Virus record (IMG/VR): IMGVR_UViG_3300047505_000014
Span: 1 to 33,761 of that record
Strand: one strand, 5' to 3'
Source: a virus
Taxonomy: Duplodnaviria > Caudoviricetes
DNA length: 33,761 bases
Positions 8,315 to 15,799 of the stretch are shown here, piece by piece. A program made the translations under genes and the position numbers. The notes under the pieces are model-generated. The model had not been told where the DNA came from. It was given only the letters and a program-made list of their open reading frames with translations, and searched no databases. Every line of letters starts with the position of its first letter. Positions within the stretch are counted from its first letter, which is position 1.

Positions 8315-8363
8315 GGGCCCTCGGGCTCTTTGCCTAGGACGGGGGCAAGGGGTCCGAGGGCTC
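8315..8363 (+). terminator. Long hairpin at the convergence of the two arms (terminator or processing site)
   Basis: GCCCTCGGGCTCTTTGCC (8317-8334) pairs with GGCAAGGGGTCCGAGGGC (8344-8361) using 3 G-U pairs on the + strand. No U-tract. Confidence 0.55.
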
Positions 8364-8379
8364 CACTATGTTCAGTGAG

Positions 8380-8682
8380 TCAGTCGACTTCGACTGCAGG
8401 CAAGTGCTGATTACGCACAAGATCCCAAGGCACTTCATCCTCGTCGAGCAGTACCCAAGTGCCGCCTGGCATACGGACCCGGTATGCACGAAGAGGCGGG
8501 CCAGAACGATCCGGCGCGGCGAGAACGGCATCGCGGGTCAGCCCGGCCCGAGTCTCGGTTTCTCGTGCAGGAACGGGGTGCAGTTTGGCGAGGATGGCCC
8601 TTGCAACCAACGCCTCGGCGGGGCTGGCCGATTGTGACGCCATCGCCAGTAGCTTCTCGCGCAGTGGCCGGTCGTCAGGCAC
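8380..8682 (-). CDS. Hypothetical protein with DUF2786-like N-terminal helix pair
   Basis: REKLLAMA...SPAEA..A..IL; overlaps the polymerase stop. Confidence 0.5.
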   Translation of the reverse strand: MPDDRPLREKLLAMASQSASPAEALVARAILAKLHPVPARETETRAGLTRDAVLAAPDRSGPPLRAYRVRMPGGTWVLLDEDEVPWDLVRNQHLPAVEVD

Positions 8683-11263
8683 CCTTCTGACCTCCTGTCA
8701 TCTCACCCAGCTTCAGAGTGCCCCACGACCGGCCGACGTGCACATCCACCGGGAAGTCGATGGACGGACGAAGGATCCTCCGCGGAGTGTCCTCCATGAT
8801 AGCAGTCAGCTCGGTCTCGACGCGAGGTGCTAACTCTTCTGGGCACTCCACTACCACTGCATCGTGGACTAGGCAGATAACGTGGGCGTCCGTTCCCTCC
8901 GTGTCCCACTTCTCCTGCGCTCGGATCGCTGAGTAGAGAGTCAGGTCACTTGCTGTCGACTGCATCGGAAAGTTCGCCGACTGGTTTTTCAGCTCGTAGT
9001 AATTCTCTCGGGACACTACTCCGAAACGGCGACGGCGGCCGAACGGACTTACAACCGTTCGCCCAGTGAACGGAGCCTGATGCAACTTGTCTAGCCACGC
9101 GGCCGCTTGCGGCGCACGCGCAAGCCATGCCTGACGCATCTCTTCGGCTTCTTCTTCGGGGATGTCAAACTCTGCCGCAATCGAACCAGCTCCACGTCCA
9201 TATGCAATACCAAAGTTGACAGCTTTAGCTCTAACTCTCTGGTAGTTGGTGAACCCTGGTCCCCAAATGGCAATCGAGACCTCAGTGTGTAGATCGCGTC
9301 CATCACGATATACTCCTAGCAAGAACTCGTCACCAGAGAAGTGAGCCAACAAGCGCAACTCGATTTGCGAATAGTCTGCCTCCATGATCACCCGGCCTGG
9401 AGGTGCACCAACGATGTTGCGTGCAGGCTTCGGGTCATCCTTCTCAGGCACAGGCAGGTTCTGGAGGTTAGGGTTGGTCGAGGACAGCCGCCCCGTCTCA
9501 GTGGCCTGTAGGTTGAAGGTCGTGTGGAGCCGTCCATCGACTGGGTCAATGTCCTTCCAGATCCGCTTGACGAGGACATCGTAGGCTCGCTGAGCCATCC
9601 GCACGTCAATCAGGGCCTGGATGTAGGGGTAGTTGAGCTTAGCCTTACGGTCGGGATGGCCTCTGGCGTAGTTCTTAGCCTTGTACCCGAAGATGGCAGA
9701 CTGGTCCCGACCAGTCTGGTCCAGATCGCGCAGGGTCCTTTCGTTGGTGTTCATTGGGACCCAGCCGATGAGTTTGTAAAGCATGAAGGCCGTGTGGCGC
9801 CAGTTGCGAGCATTGTAGCCCTCGGGCCGCTTCCTCGTGGCCCACTGGCTGGCCATGTACTCGTCGGTATCCCAAATCGGCTCGACCTCCCTCGTGAGGT
9901 CGGCCTTTGCTTTTACCACCCGTGCGCTCAACTCGACATCAAGCTCGCGGATGAAAGCCTGGTCTACCCATAGCCCATAGTCTTGGACCTTCTGGAGAAA
10001 CCGACTGGCCGGCAGGAGTAAGTGCTCGTAGAGCCGGGTGAGGCTAGGCGAGGCATGCACCTTGGGGCACAGGATCTCGTGGAGAGCAAAGGTGTGGCTG
10101 GTATCCAACAAGCAATAGGGGTAGAGGATCTCTCGCGGTACGTCCTCGTAGCCAAAGCTACCTTTGGCTGCATACTTGCGGACCACGTACTTATAGTCCT
10201 CAGCCCCTAGGAGGTCACGAGACAGATCCTCAAGCGCATGCGTACCTTTGGCCTCATCGAGACAGTAATGCTCGAGAAGAGTATCGTGATACGAAACGAG
10301 CGCTCCCTCGGTTGGCCACTCAGAGCCGAGGATCTGATGTCTGAGGTACGAACTATCGTACTTGAAGTTGTGCCCAATCCACAGGGGACCGGGAGAGGTC
10401 AGTAGGCGAACGAGGTGGGGGCGAAAGGCCTTAGACTCTAGGAGGCCTTCAGAAAAGACTACTCCCTCGGTGGTTGACCATGAGACACCCAAGGCTAACA
10501 CTTTGCCTGCTCGCGGTGAGTACGAGTACCCAGTCTCGATATCTGCGGACAGGACGGGCAGCTGGAGTAGGTAGTCGACTGCTCGTACCGCTGCGGGGAT
10601 GCCAGTGATAACCTTGCGGGTCGGCCAACCTTTGAGCTGGCTGCCGTCGATGATCCGATCGTCCCACTCTGCCTCTCCTGGTTCAGCTAGCATAATGTAG
10701 GCAGTCGGCTTGCCGGGGTCCTTCAGGGCTCCAGGCCCACCAGCCAGAAGCTTGCCTGCATACTTGACGTCTTCAGCCCAGCGTGGATACTCACCCTGAT
10801 TGCGAAGGATCGAGGCCGGATGGAAGGTTGGGACGAACAAACCGATCTCGTCGAGGTCTATGACCTGTCCGCGCTTACTGGTGATCTTGAAGTTGTAGTC
10901 TCCAAGGAAGCCACGGGCTGCTGTGTTCCCAAGAGCTAAGATCACCTGCCTCGGGTGGGCAAGGACCTCTTCGGTCAGGCGCTCTCGACAGGCTTCGATC
11001 GCGGCCCGCGATGGAGGGCTCTCGGTCGGTTGGCATAGCAAAGCATTCGTTACGTAGGCCTGACTCCGGTCGATGCCTGCCTTCTCGAGGACTCCATTGA
11101 GCAGCTTGCCGCTCTTGCCGACGAATGGGCGATTGGCGCCCAGCTCTTCTCGACCGGGCGCCTCACCAATGATGACTATTGGAGCGTCGACTCGTCCCTC
11201 AGGAGCGCAGGTGCGTCCCTTTCGATACGGACACTCTGGGCAGCGTTCAACTCTTGGAGCCAC
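8675..11263 (-). CDS. polA: Family A DNA polymerase with N-terminal family-4 uracil-DNA glycosylase and 3'-5' exonuclease domains
   Basis: UDG4: CPEC, IIGEAPGREE, PFVGKSG, NALLC, EAC, TFHPASILR. Exo I/II/III: ADIET, GHNFKYD, YCLLD. Pol motifs A/B/C: ADYSQIELR, RAKAVNFGIAYG, VHDA. Start uncertain; GTG 11263 is the nearest start upstream of the CxxC. Confidence 0.92.
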   Translation of the reverse strand: MAPRVERCPECPYRKGRTCAPEGRVDAPIVIIGEAPGREELGANRPFVGKSGKLLNGVLEKAGIDRSQAYVTNALLCQPTESPPSRAAIEACRERLTEEVLAHPRQVILALGNTAARGFLGDYNFKITSKRGQVIDLDEIGLFVPTFHPASILRNQGEYPRWAEDVKYAGKLLAGGPGALKDPGKPTAYIMLAEPGEAEWDDRIIDGSQLKGWPTRKVITGIPAAVRAVDYLLQLPVLSADIETGYSYSPRAGKVLALGVSWSTTEGVVFSEGLLESKAFRPHLVRLLTSPGPLWIGHNFKYDSSYLRHQILGSEWPTEGALVSYHDTLLEHYCLDEAKGTHALEDLSRDLLGAEDYKYVVRKYAAKGSFGYEDVPREILYPYCLLDTSHTFALHEILCPKVHASPSLTRLYEHLLLPASRFLQKVQDYGLWVDQAFIRELDVELSARVVKAKADLTREVEPIWDTDEYMASQWATRKRPEGYNARNWRHTAFMLYKLIGWVPMNTNERTLRDLDQTGRDQSAIFGYKAKNYARGHPDRKAKLNYPYIQALIDVRMAQRAYDVLVKRIWKDIDPVDGRLHTTFNLQATETGRLSSTNPNLQNLPVPEKDDPKPARNIVGAPPGRVIMEADYSQIELRLLAHFSGDEFLLGVYRDGRDLHTEVSIAIWGPGFTNYQRVRAKAVNFGIAYGRGAGSIAAEFDIPEEEAEEMRQAWLARAPQAAAWLDKLHQAPFTGRTVVSPFGRRRRFGVVSRENYYELKNQSANFPMQSTASDLTLYSAIRAQEKWDTEGTDAHVICLVHDAVVVECPEELAPRVETELTAIMEDTPRRILRPSIDFPVDVHVGRSWGTLKLGEMTGGQKGA

Positions 11264-11991
11264 AGACGGGCGGTCAAGATGTTGACGCCGGCGAAGTGCG
11301 ACAGAGGGCTGTCCCAAAAGGCCTTTGGCCGTCTGCCGAGGTACCGGCTGTCCGTCGGCGGCTGTGGCGGTAGGACTTGAAGCGACCAGCATGGGGTCGC
11401 TGCGTCGATGCCCCTGACCGATCGATGAGCCACTGCCGCCTTTAGGTCGTCCTCGATGTTGTCCGAGAACCCCAGGACGTGCATCGGCAGACCGAACTCG
11501 CTGGCCAGAGCTTGCACCAGCGGCACTCGTGTACCGAGGTTCTTCGTGAGGCCGCGAGGAGGGGACAGCCAGTCCACTCCTAGATCCACGAGATCCCTCG
11601 CGCATTCCATGCACTCCTCAAACGTAGTACCCTGAACCACTCCCATCGTATCGGTTGCCTTGTCGAGGACGCGAAACTCAGCCAATGCTGCTGCTGTCTG
11701 GCGGATAGTCGCGGGTGCATCGTCGATGGTATCAGGCATGACGACGAGCTGTGCGTCAACAAGACGGGCAGCGTGGTAGAGGTCCTCGACCTTGAGCGAG
11801 CGACCGAGCTCTATGACTCCATTGTCCACAATGACGAAATGGTCGTCATGCTCTTGGAAGAAGGCCTTGAAGCCTTTGGGGTCTCTTAGGACAATGGGAG
11901 CAATCAGAAGTTGGTAGTTGCCGAGGGTCTCTGGCGTCTTGGCCAACTGGCGAAGGCCGCCCAATGGGGCTACCGGTGCGAAGTGAGTCAT
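11176..11991 (-). CDS. dpdA: TGT/DpdA-like TIM-barrel protein (candidate 7-deazaguanine insertion enzyme)
   Basis: Ordered TGT-type motifs VIVDNG, VMPD, MGVVQG, MHVLG, RGIDAATP; located in the folE/queE/queD operon. Subfamily not established. Confidence 0.65.
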   Translation of the reverse strand: MTHFAPVAPLGGLRQLAKTPETLGNYQLLIAPIVLRDPKGFKAFFQEHDDHFVIVDNGVIELGRSLKVEDLYHAARLVDAQLVVMPDTIDDAPATIRQTAAALAEFRVLDKATDTMGVVQGTTFEECMECARDLVDLGVDWLSPPRGLTKNLGTRVPLVQALASEFGLPMHVLGFSDNIEDDLKAAVAHRSVRGIDAATPCWSLQVLPPQPPTDSRYLGRRPKAFWDSPLSHFAGVNILTARLWLQELNAAQSVRIERDAPALLRDESTLQ

Positions 11992-12305
11992 GGCTGCGGG
12001 ACGGTTCCTTCCTCTTCAAGCAGGCAGACGGAGATCAAAGCGTAGTTCGCCAAGTCCATTAGGGTGTCTCTAAGCGACTCTCCGACCTGATCGTTTGCAG
12101 GGTTGCGGCGAAGGTTCTGCGCTCGCCGATACTTGTCACCCATTCGCACGAGGCAGCCGTTGAGGGGTGTGACTCCCCAAGCCTGCGCCTCGCGGAAGTT
12201 AGCCCAGGTGTCGATAGCCTCTTCACCGGAGTAGCCTGCGGCCTTAGCCTCGTGCGTATTACGAACCTCGGCGAGCAGGTCGAGGAAGCGCGGATTGCTG
12301 GTCAC
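11988..12305 (-). CDS. DUF1599 / nucleotide-modification-associated domain 1 protein
   Basis: K-x-x-x-Y...ANF...VRMGDKY.R...ESLRDTLMDLANYALI signature; ATGA-coupled on both sides. Confidence 0.75.
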   Translation of the reverse strand: MTSNPRFLDLLAEVRNTHEAKAAGYSGEEAIDTWANFREAQAWGVTPLNGCLVRMGDKYRRAQNLRRNPANDQVGESLRDTLMDLANYALISVCLLEEEGTVPQP

Positions 12306-12913
12306 TGAATGCCTCCCTTTGCAAGATCCATGAACTTAGACTCCAGGGCCGGAACCTTCAGGAAGTCGCCCCGCACTGCTGAGACTACAGTCCTAGTTGC
12401 GGGAGCCTCCACTCCCCGGACTGCCATACATCCGTGGAGGGCACTTGTAAGGACAGCAACTCCCTTGGGTTCGATGGCCTTTGAGTTGAAGAGCGTGTCC
12501 GCGACAATATTTGTGATATGCTCTTGCGTCGTCGGGGCCAGATGACCAGCTGCGTAGACCAGTCTTGTGAGCTTGGAGAGGCCGACGACTCGCTGGCGTG
12601 GTAGATATCCAACGGCTGCAGATCCAAAGAAAGGGAGAAGATGATGCGCACAGAGACCCATGAAGGGGATGTTAGTCTGGACCACCAAGACCTTTTCATT
12701 GGACTCTCCCTCTCCTGGGTCGTCATCCTCAAACCCATCCGACAAGACTGCGTTGAGGTCTATGGTCTGAACGTAAGCCCTCAAGACCTTCGTCACTCGC
12801 TCAGGCGTGCGAGAAAAGTGCTGATTGTCTGGATCAAGGCCCAGCAGGCTAAGGACCTCTCGCATGTGATAGACGAGATTAGCCTGGGTCAGATCAGCAG
12901 TGTCGTCAGTCAT
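12302..12913 (-). CDS. folE: GTP cyclohydrolase I
   Basis: TPERV, LCAHHLLPFFG, GYLP, VGLSKL.R, QE, HGCMAVRGV (Zn ligands C, H, C). Confidence 0.95.
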   Translation of the reverse strand: MTDDTADLTQANLVYHMREVLSLLGLDPDNQHFSRTPERVTKVLRAYVQTIDLNAVLSDGFEDDDPGEGESNEKVLVVQTNIPFMGLCAHHLLPFFGSAAVGYLPRQRVVGLSKLTRLVYAAGHLAPTTQEHITNIVADTLFNSKAIEPKGVAVLTSALHGCMAVRGVEAPATRTVVSAVRGDFLKVPALESKFMDLAKGGIQ

Positions 12914-13689
12914 TAGACTCCCCTAGTGGTGATGCCGAAGGTGAGGGCATGGAGCTGGGGAAAGACGGCCACGTCTGCCATCAGTGGGTCACTCATGGTC
13001 TTCTCTGCAAGCCAACGATAGCGGCCAAGGAGGTCGCCCTCTGTGTCGATATAGGGTCGGCCTTGAGGCTGGCGCTTAGAGGGGATCCACTCACCTGACA
13101 GACCGCCCATTGCAGTCCCACAGGAGAGGTAGAACGGAACCTTGGGATACTCGCGATGTACCCCTACAGCAAAGGCGTAGTCATTGTCGTCGAACGCTAC
13201 TATCTTAAGACACGTGGAAGTTCCGAAGGCCCTTGCTTTGGCCATGAAGCCTTGGAAGTCCTTGCCAGTAAACCCCATGTTAGAAGAAGGAGGCTTGGGC
13301 GAGACGGTCAGCATGTCGACCCCTGACAGCCAGTCCTGCCACTTGGTTCCCTGAGTCTCAACAGCTACCTTGCCACCAAGGTCATCCTGCCACGAGGTGA
13401 CGACATCTTGCAGATCGTAGAGGGCAGGATTGCCACCAGTGATGGTTATCCAGTCTGGACCTGGCTTTTCGGCCCTACGGAAGGTAAGCGCTGAAATGAT
13501 CTCAGAGGTCGTCATCCTTGGCAGTTTGCGAACTTCGTTAGGTAGAACTGCGTGGCTACTGTCGCACCACGCACAGGCAAAGTCGCATCCGCCAACGCGA
13601 AGAAAGTAGGTTGGACGGCCAGCCAGTTGTCCTTCTCCCTGAATTGTAGGGCCGAAGATTTCTGCAACTGGAATGGGAACGGTTGCCAT
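12913..13689 (-). CDS. queE: 7-carboxy-7-deazaguanine synthase (radical SAM)
   Basis: EIFGPTIQGEG, FLR..GCDFACAWCD, ITGGNP, VETQG, TVSPK, PQLH. Confidence 0.95.
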   Translation of the reverse strand: MATVPIPVAEIFGPTIQGEGQLAGRPTYFLRVGGCDFACAWCDSSHAVLPNEVRKLPRMTTSEIISALTFRRAEKPGPDWITITGGNPALYDLQDVVTSWQDDLGGKVAVETQGTKWQDWLSGVDMLTVSPKPPSSNMGFTGKDFQGFMAKARAFGTSTCLKIVAFDDNDYAFAVGVHREYPKVPFYLSCGTAMGGLSGEWIPSKRQPQGRPYIDTEGDLLGRYRWLAEKTMSDPLMADVAVFPQLHALTFGITTRGV

Positions 13690-13790
13690 TAGTCATCCTC
13701 TCTGAGCGCGTACGCTCCAGCGCTCTCCCACGACCACTTCCATAGCAAAGCTGCGCCAACTAGAGCTACGAGGAGGAGAAGGAGTTTCAC
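13689..13790 (-). CDS. 33-aa membrane peptide
   Basis: GTG start overlaps the upstream TGA; MKLLLLLVALVGAALLWKWSWESAGAYALREDD*; its TAA overlaps the queE ATG. Below the track cutoff. Confidence 0.55.
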   Translation of the reverse strand: MKLLLLLVALVGAALLWKWSWESAGAYALREDD

Positions 13791-13930
13791 AGGAGGCCTG
13801 ATGAAGTTAGAAGTCCAAGGACGGCTCCAACGACGAAGGCGACTACCGAGAGGACGATGAAGGCCAATGCAGCAACTAGGACTAGAGCTAGTGCGCAGGA
13901 TCCAGACTCAAAGTCGTCCACTAGTACCAT
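13787..13930 (-). CDS. 47-aa membrane peptide
   Basis: ATG 13930 overlaps the SLT gene end; long hydrophobic stretch. Confidence 0.5.
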   Translation of the reverse strand: MVLVDDFESGSCALALVLVAALAFIVLSVVAFVVGAVLGLLTSSGLL

Positions 13931-14397
13931 CCTTGTTCGTAGGCGTGCTGAAGGGCGGTGCACGCCGAACCGTAACGGCCACTGATGTACATCAGGCCCC
14001 ACTTGACCTGAGTCAACGGGTTAGTGCGCCAGTCAAGAGCTACCCTGGACATTTTCTGAGGTGGTAGGGCCTGTGGAATACCATAGGCCCCACTGTGGCG
14101 ATTAGTGGCGTTGGTACGCCAGCGTGACTCCCTTTGCCAGAGCGTATCGAGGCAAGAGAACTGACGCCTGCCGATGCGAGTGCGTGCGTACTCACGAGCC
14201 CTGAGAACATTGGCAGGAAACACACGGTGGTTAGCAATGGCCACGGTTGCTGTGATAGGCTTGGGTGTGGGCGTCGGTGTCGGTCTTGGTGTTTGGACGG
14301 TAACTGTTGTAGGAGGTACTACTGGTGCCGTAACAAGGGCAACGATCAGAGTCGCAACTCTAAACAGCGACCGCACAAACTCAAGAAGCGCATCCAC
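13921..14397 (-). CDS. Secreted or membrane-anchored lytic transglycosylase (SLT-like)
   Basis: GAGG SD; N-terminal hydrophobic segment; PT linker; LWQRESRW...SGAYGIPQALP...NP.TQ..WGL.YI..RYGS...A......GWY. Confidence 0.85.
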   Translation of the reverse strand: MDALLEFVRSLFRVATLIVALVTAPVVPPTTVTVQTPRPTPTPTPKPITATVAIANHRVFPANVLRAREYARTRIGRRQFSCLDTLWQRESRWRTNATNRHSGAYGIPQALPPQKMSRVALDWRTNPLTQVKWGLMYISGRYGSACTALQHAYEQGWY

Positions 14398-14408
14398 GAT
14401 GTCTACCT

Positions 14409-14858
14409 CTAAGAGGCTTCGGCCCAGCTCTTGGTAGTCTCGTAGACCCGGACCTCGGCGTAGTACTGGCGGTCATGCGAAGTAGCTGCATCTTTATTCA
14501 GCCAACTTGTCAGATCATCTTGGATCCAGAGCGCCAGGTTCTCGGCAGTGGGCGGCCAGTTGAAGTTGGTGACGGGCGTCAGGCCATCAAGGGCCTCGTT
14601 TAGCGGATCGTTCGCCTCCAGGATAACCCTGTGGTCAAGCGTAACCTCAAGGGCCTTCCACCAAGTAGACAGGACACTGAAGTCGAGGACCATGCCCTCC
14701 TGTGGACCGGACTTGAAGAGACCATCCTCAACTCTGGGTAGGACAATGACCTCGACCTGATAGGTATGGCCGTGGAGATTTTTGCACTTACCGTTGTGGT
14801 TCTGGAGACGGTGTGCAGCGTCGAAGGTGAAGGTCTTGCCAATCCTCATTCTGGCCAC
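14409..14858 (-). CDS. queD: 6-carboxy-5,6,7,8-tetrahydropterin synthase
   Basis: F.FDAAHRL, CKNLHGHTY (CxxxHGH), DF, LDH, PTAENLA, VRVYET. Confidence 0.95.
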   Translation of the reverse strand: MARMRIGKTFTFDAAHRLQNHNGKCKNLHGHTYQVEVIVLPRVEDGLFKSGPQEGMVLDFSVLSTWWKALEVTLDHRVILEANDPLNEALDGLTPVTNFNWPPTAENLALWIQDDLTSWLNKDAATSHDRQYYAEVRVYETTKSWAEAS

Positions 14859-14861
14859 GAC

Positions 14862-15110
14862 TCACCGATCCCAAGGGCACTCGCCCGAAAGGTGGAAGGT
14901 GGCCGAGGCGTCACTGACAGGGGCCACGGGGACGCCGGAGCGAGTCTCCTGCCCGCCGTTGCTGTTCCAGACGGCAAGGTTGACGAGGGTTGCACCTTCG
15001 TCAGACTCGACGTGAACGATCAAGGCTGTACGACAACCGCCGTGGGCTACGCCCTCGTTGTCGGTGCCGCCACTAGGCGTGTGGTAATGGCCAAGTCGGT
15101 TGAGGTTCAC
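14862..15110 (-). CDS. Hypothetical phage protein
   Basis: AGGAGG SD before GTG 15110; CRTALIVHV...VNLAVW beta-rich small protein. Confidence 0.6.
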   Translation of the reverse strand: MNLNRLGHYHTPSGGTDNEGVAHGGCRTALIVHVESDEGATLVNLAVWNSNGGQETRSGVPVAPVSDASATFHLSGECPWDR

Positions 15111-15130
15111 GATGTCCTCCTGAAGTTTGC

Positions 15131-15205
15131 GGGGGTGGGCTGACCGATCGTCGCGGCCGACGTCGCCTCGCAGCAGCCAGTACCTTTTCACTAGGTAGCA
15201 CCCCC
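15131..15205 (-). ncRNA. Candidate three-way-junction leader RNA
   Basis: On the - strand GGGGGUG/CACCCCC closes two arms: UACCU-AGUGAAA-AGGUA, and GGCUG...CGUCG-GCCG-CGACG...CAGCC. It ends 9 nt before the SD. Confidence 0.45.
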
Positions 15206-15214
15206 TTGGACGGG

Positions 15215-15799
15215 CTACTCGGCGAACTCTTCGTCGATGGGCATCAAATCCGAGACGTTGTTCCGCTTGATCTTGCGGTCGTCGCGGTCGGGGCGGATGG
15301 TCACCCGAAGGCGAACCTCCAGCCCACTGAAGTGCTCGTCCATCTCATCGGGAACGAGCTGGGAGAGGTCGAGGTCAGGGTCCAGGCGGGACAAGGTGGC
15401 CTTAGTCCGCCCGGCACCATCACCTGCAAGAGTGGTGTAGTAGCGAAGTGTCCGCTCCTTGCCCTCGTAGTCGAACTTGAGGATCCACGTGAGCATCGGG
15501 AGGCCCTTGGACTGGCTCAACCCGTACTCGATGGAGTCGACGTAGCCATCGTAGATGCCACGAGGAATGACCTCATAGGTGGCAGCCTCGACAGCTGAGA
15601 GGTCAACGATCTGAGGGAGCTCCTCGTCGTTCTCTTCAACGCCGTTGTCGTCGTTCGCGTCGAACGGGGTGGTGTCGTCCTCAACGACCTGACGCGGAGC
15701 GGGCTGCGCGGCGGCTGTTCGTCGCTGCTGGGCGGGTGCGGGCGCTCGGCGCGCTGGTGCTGCTGCGGGCCGTGACGGGGTGCGAGAAACTGGTGCCAC
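15215..15799 (-). CDS. DUF669-like ssDNA-binding protein
   Basis: YEVIPRGIY...SQSKGLPML.W OB-type pattern; acidic C-terminus DEEFAE; follows the Sak4-like ATPase. GTG 15799 follows AAAGGA. Confidence 0.7.
   Translation of the reverse strand: MAPVSRTPSRPAAAPARRAPAPAQQRRTAAAQPAPRQVVEDDTTPFDANDDNGVEENDEELPQIVDLSAVEAATYEVIPRGIYDGYVDSIEYGLSQSKGLPMLTWILKFDYEGKERTLRYYTTLAGDGAGRTKATLSRLDPDLDLSQLVPDEMDEHFSGLEVRLRVTIRPDRDDRKIKRNNVSDLMPIDEEFAE

Noticed and set aside
11300-11330. Canonical -1 slippery site joining DpdA-like and polymerase frames
   Set aside because: GCC TTT TGG is not an X XXY YYZ heptamer; kept only as an open question in the findings.
11264-11614. N-terminal 117-aa extension of the 979-aa polymerase ORF
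   Set aside because: It lies in an alternative frame of the DpdA-like gene, has low-information R/S/G/P composition and no motif before the CxxC.
15131-15205. preQ1, purine or c-di-GMP riboswitch, hammerhead ribozyme, or tRNA
   Set aside because: Diagnostic conserved nucleotides, T-loop and CCA are not present.
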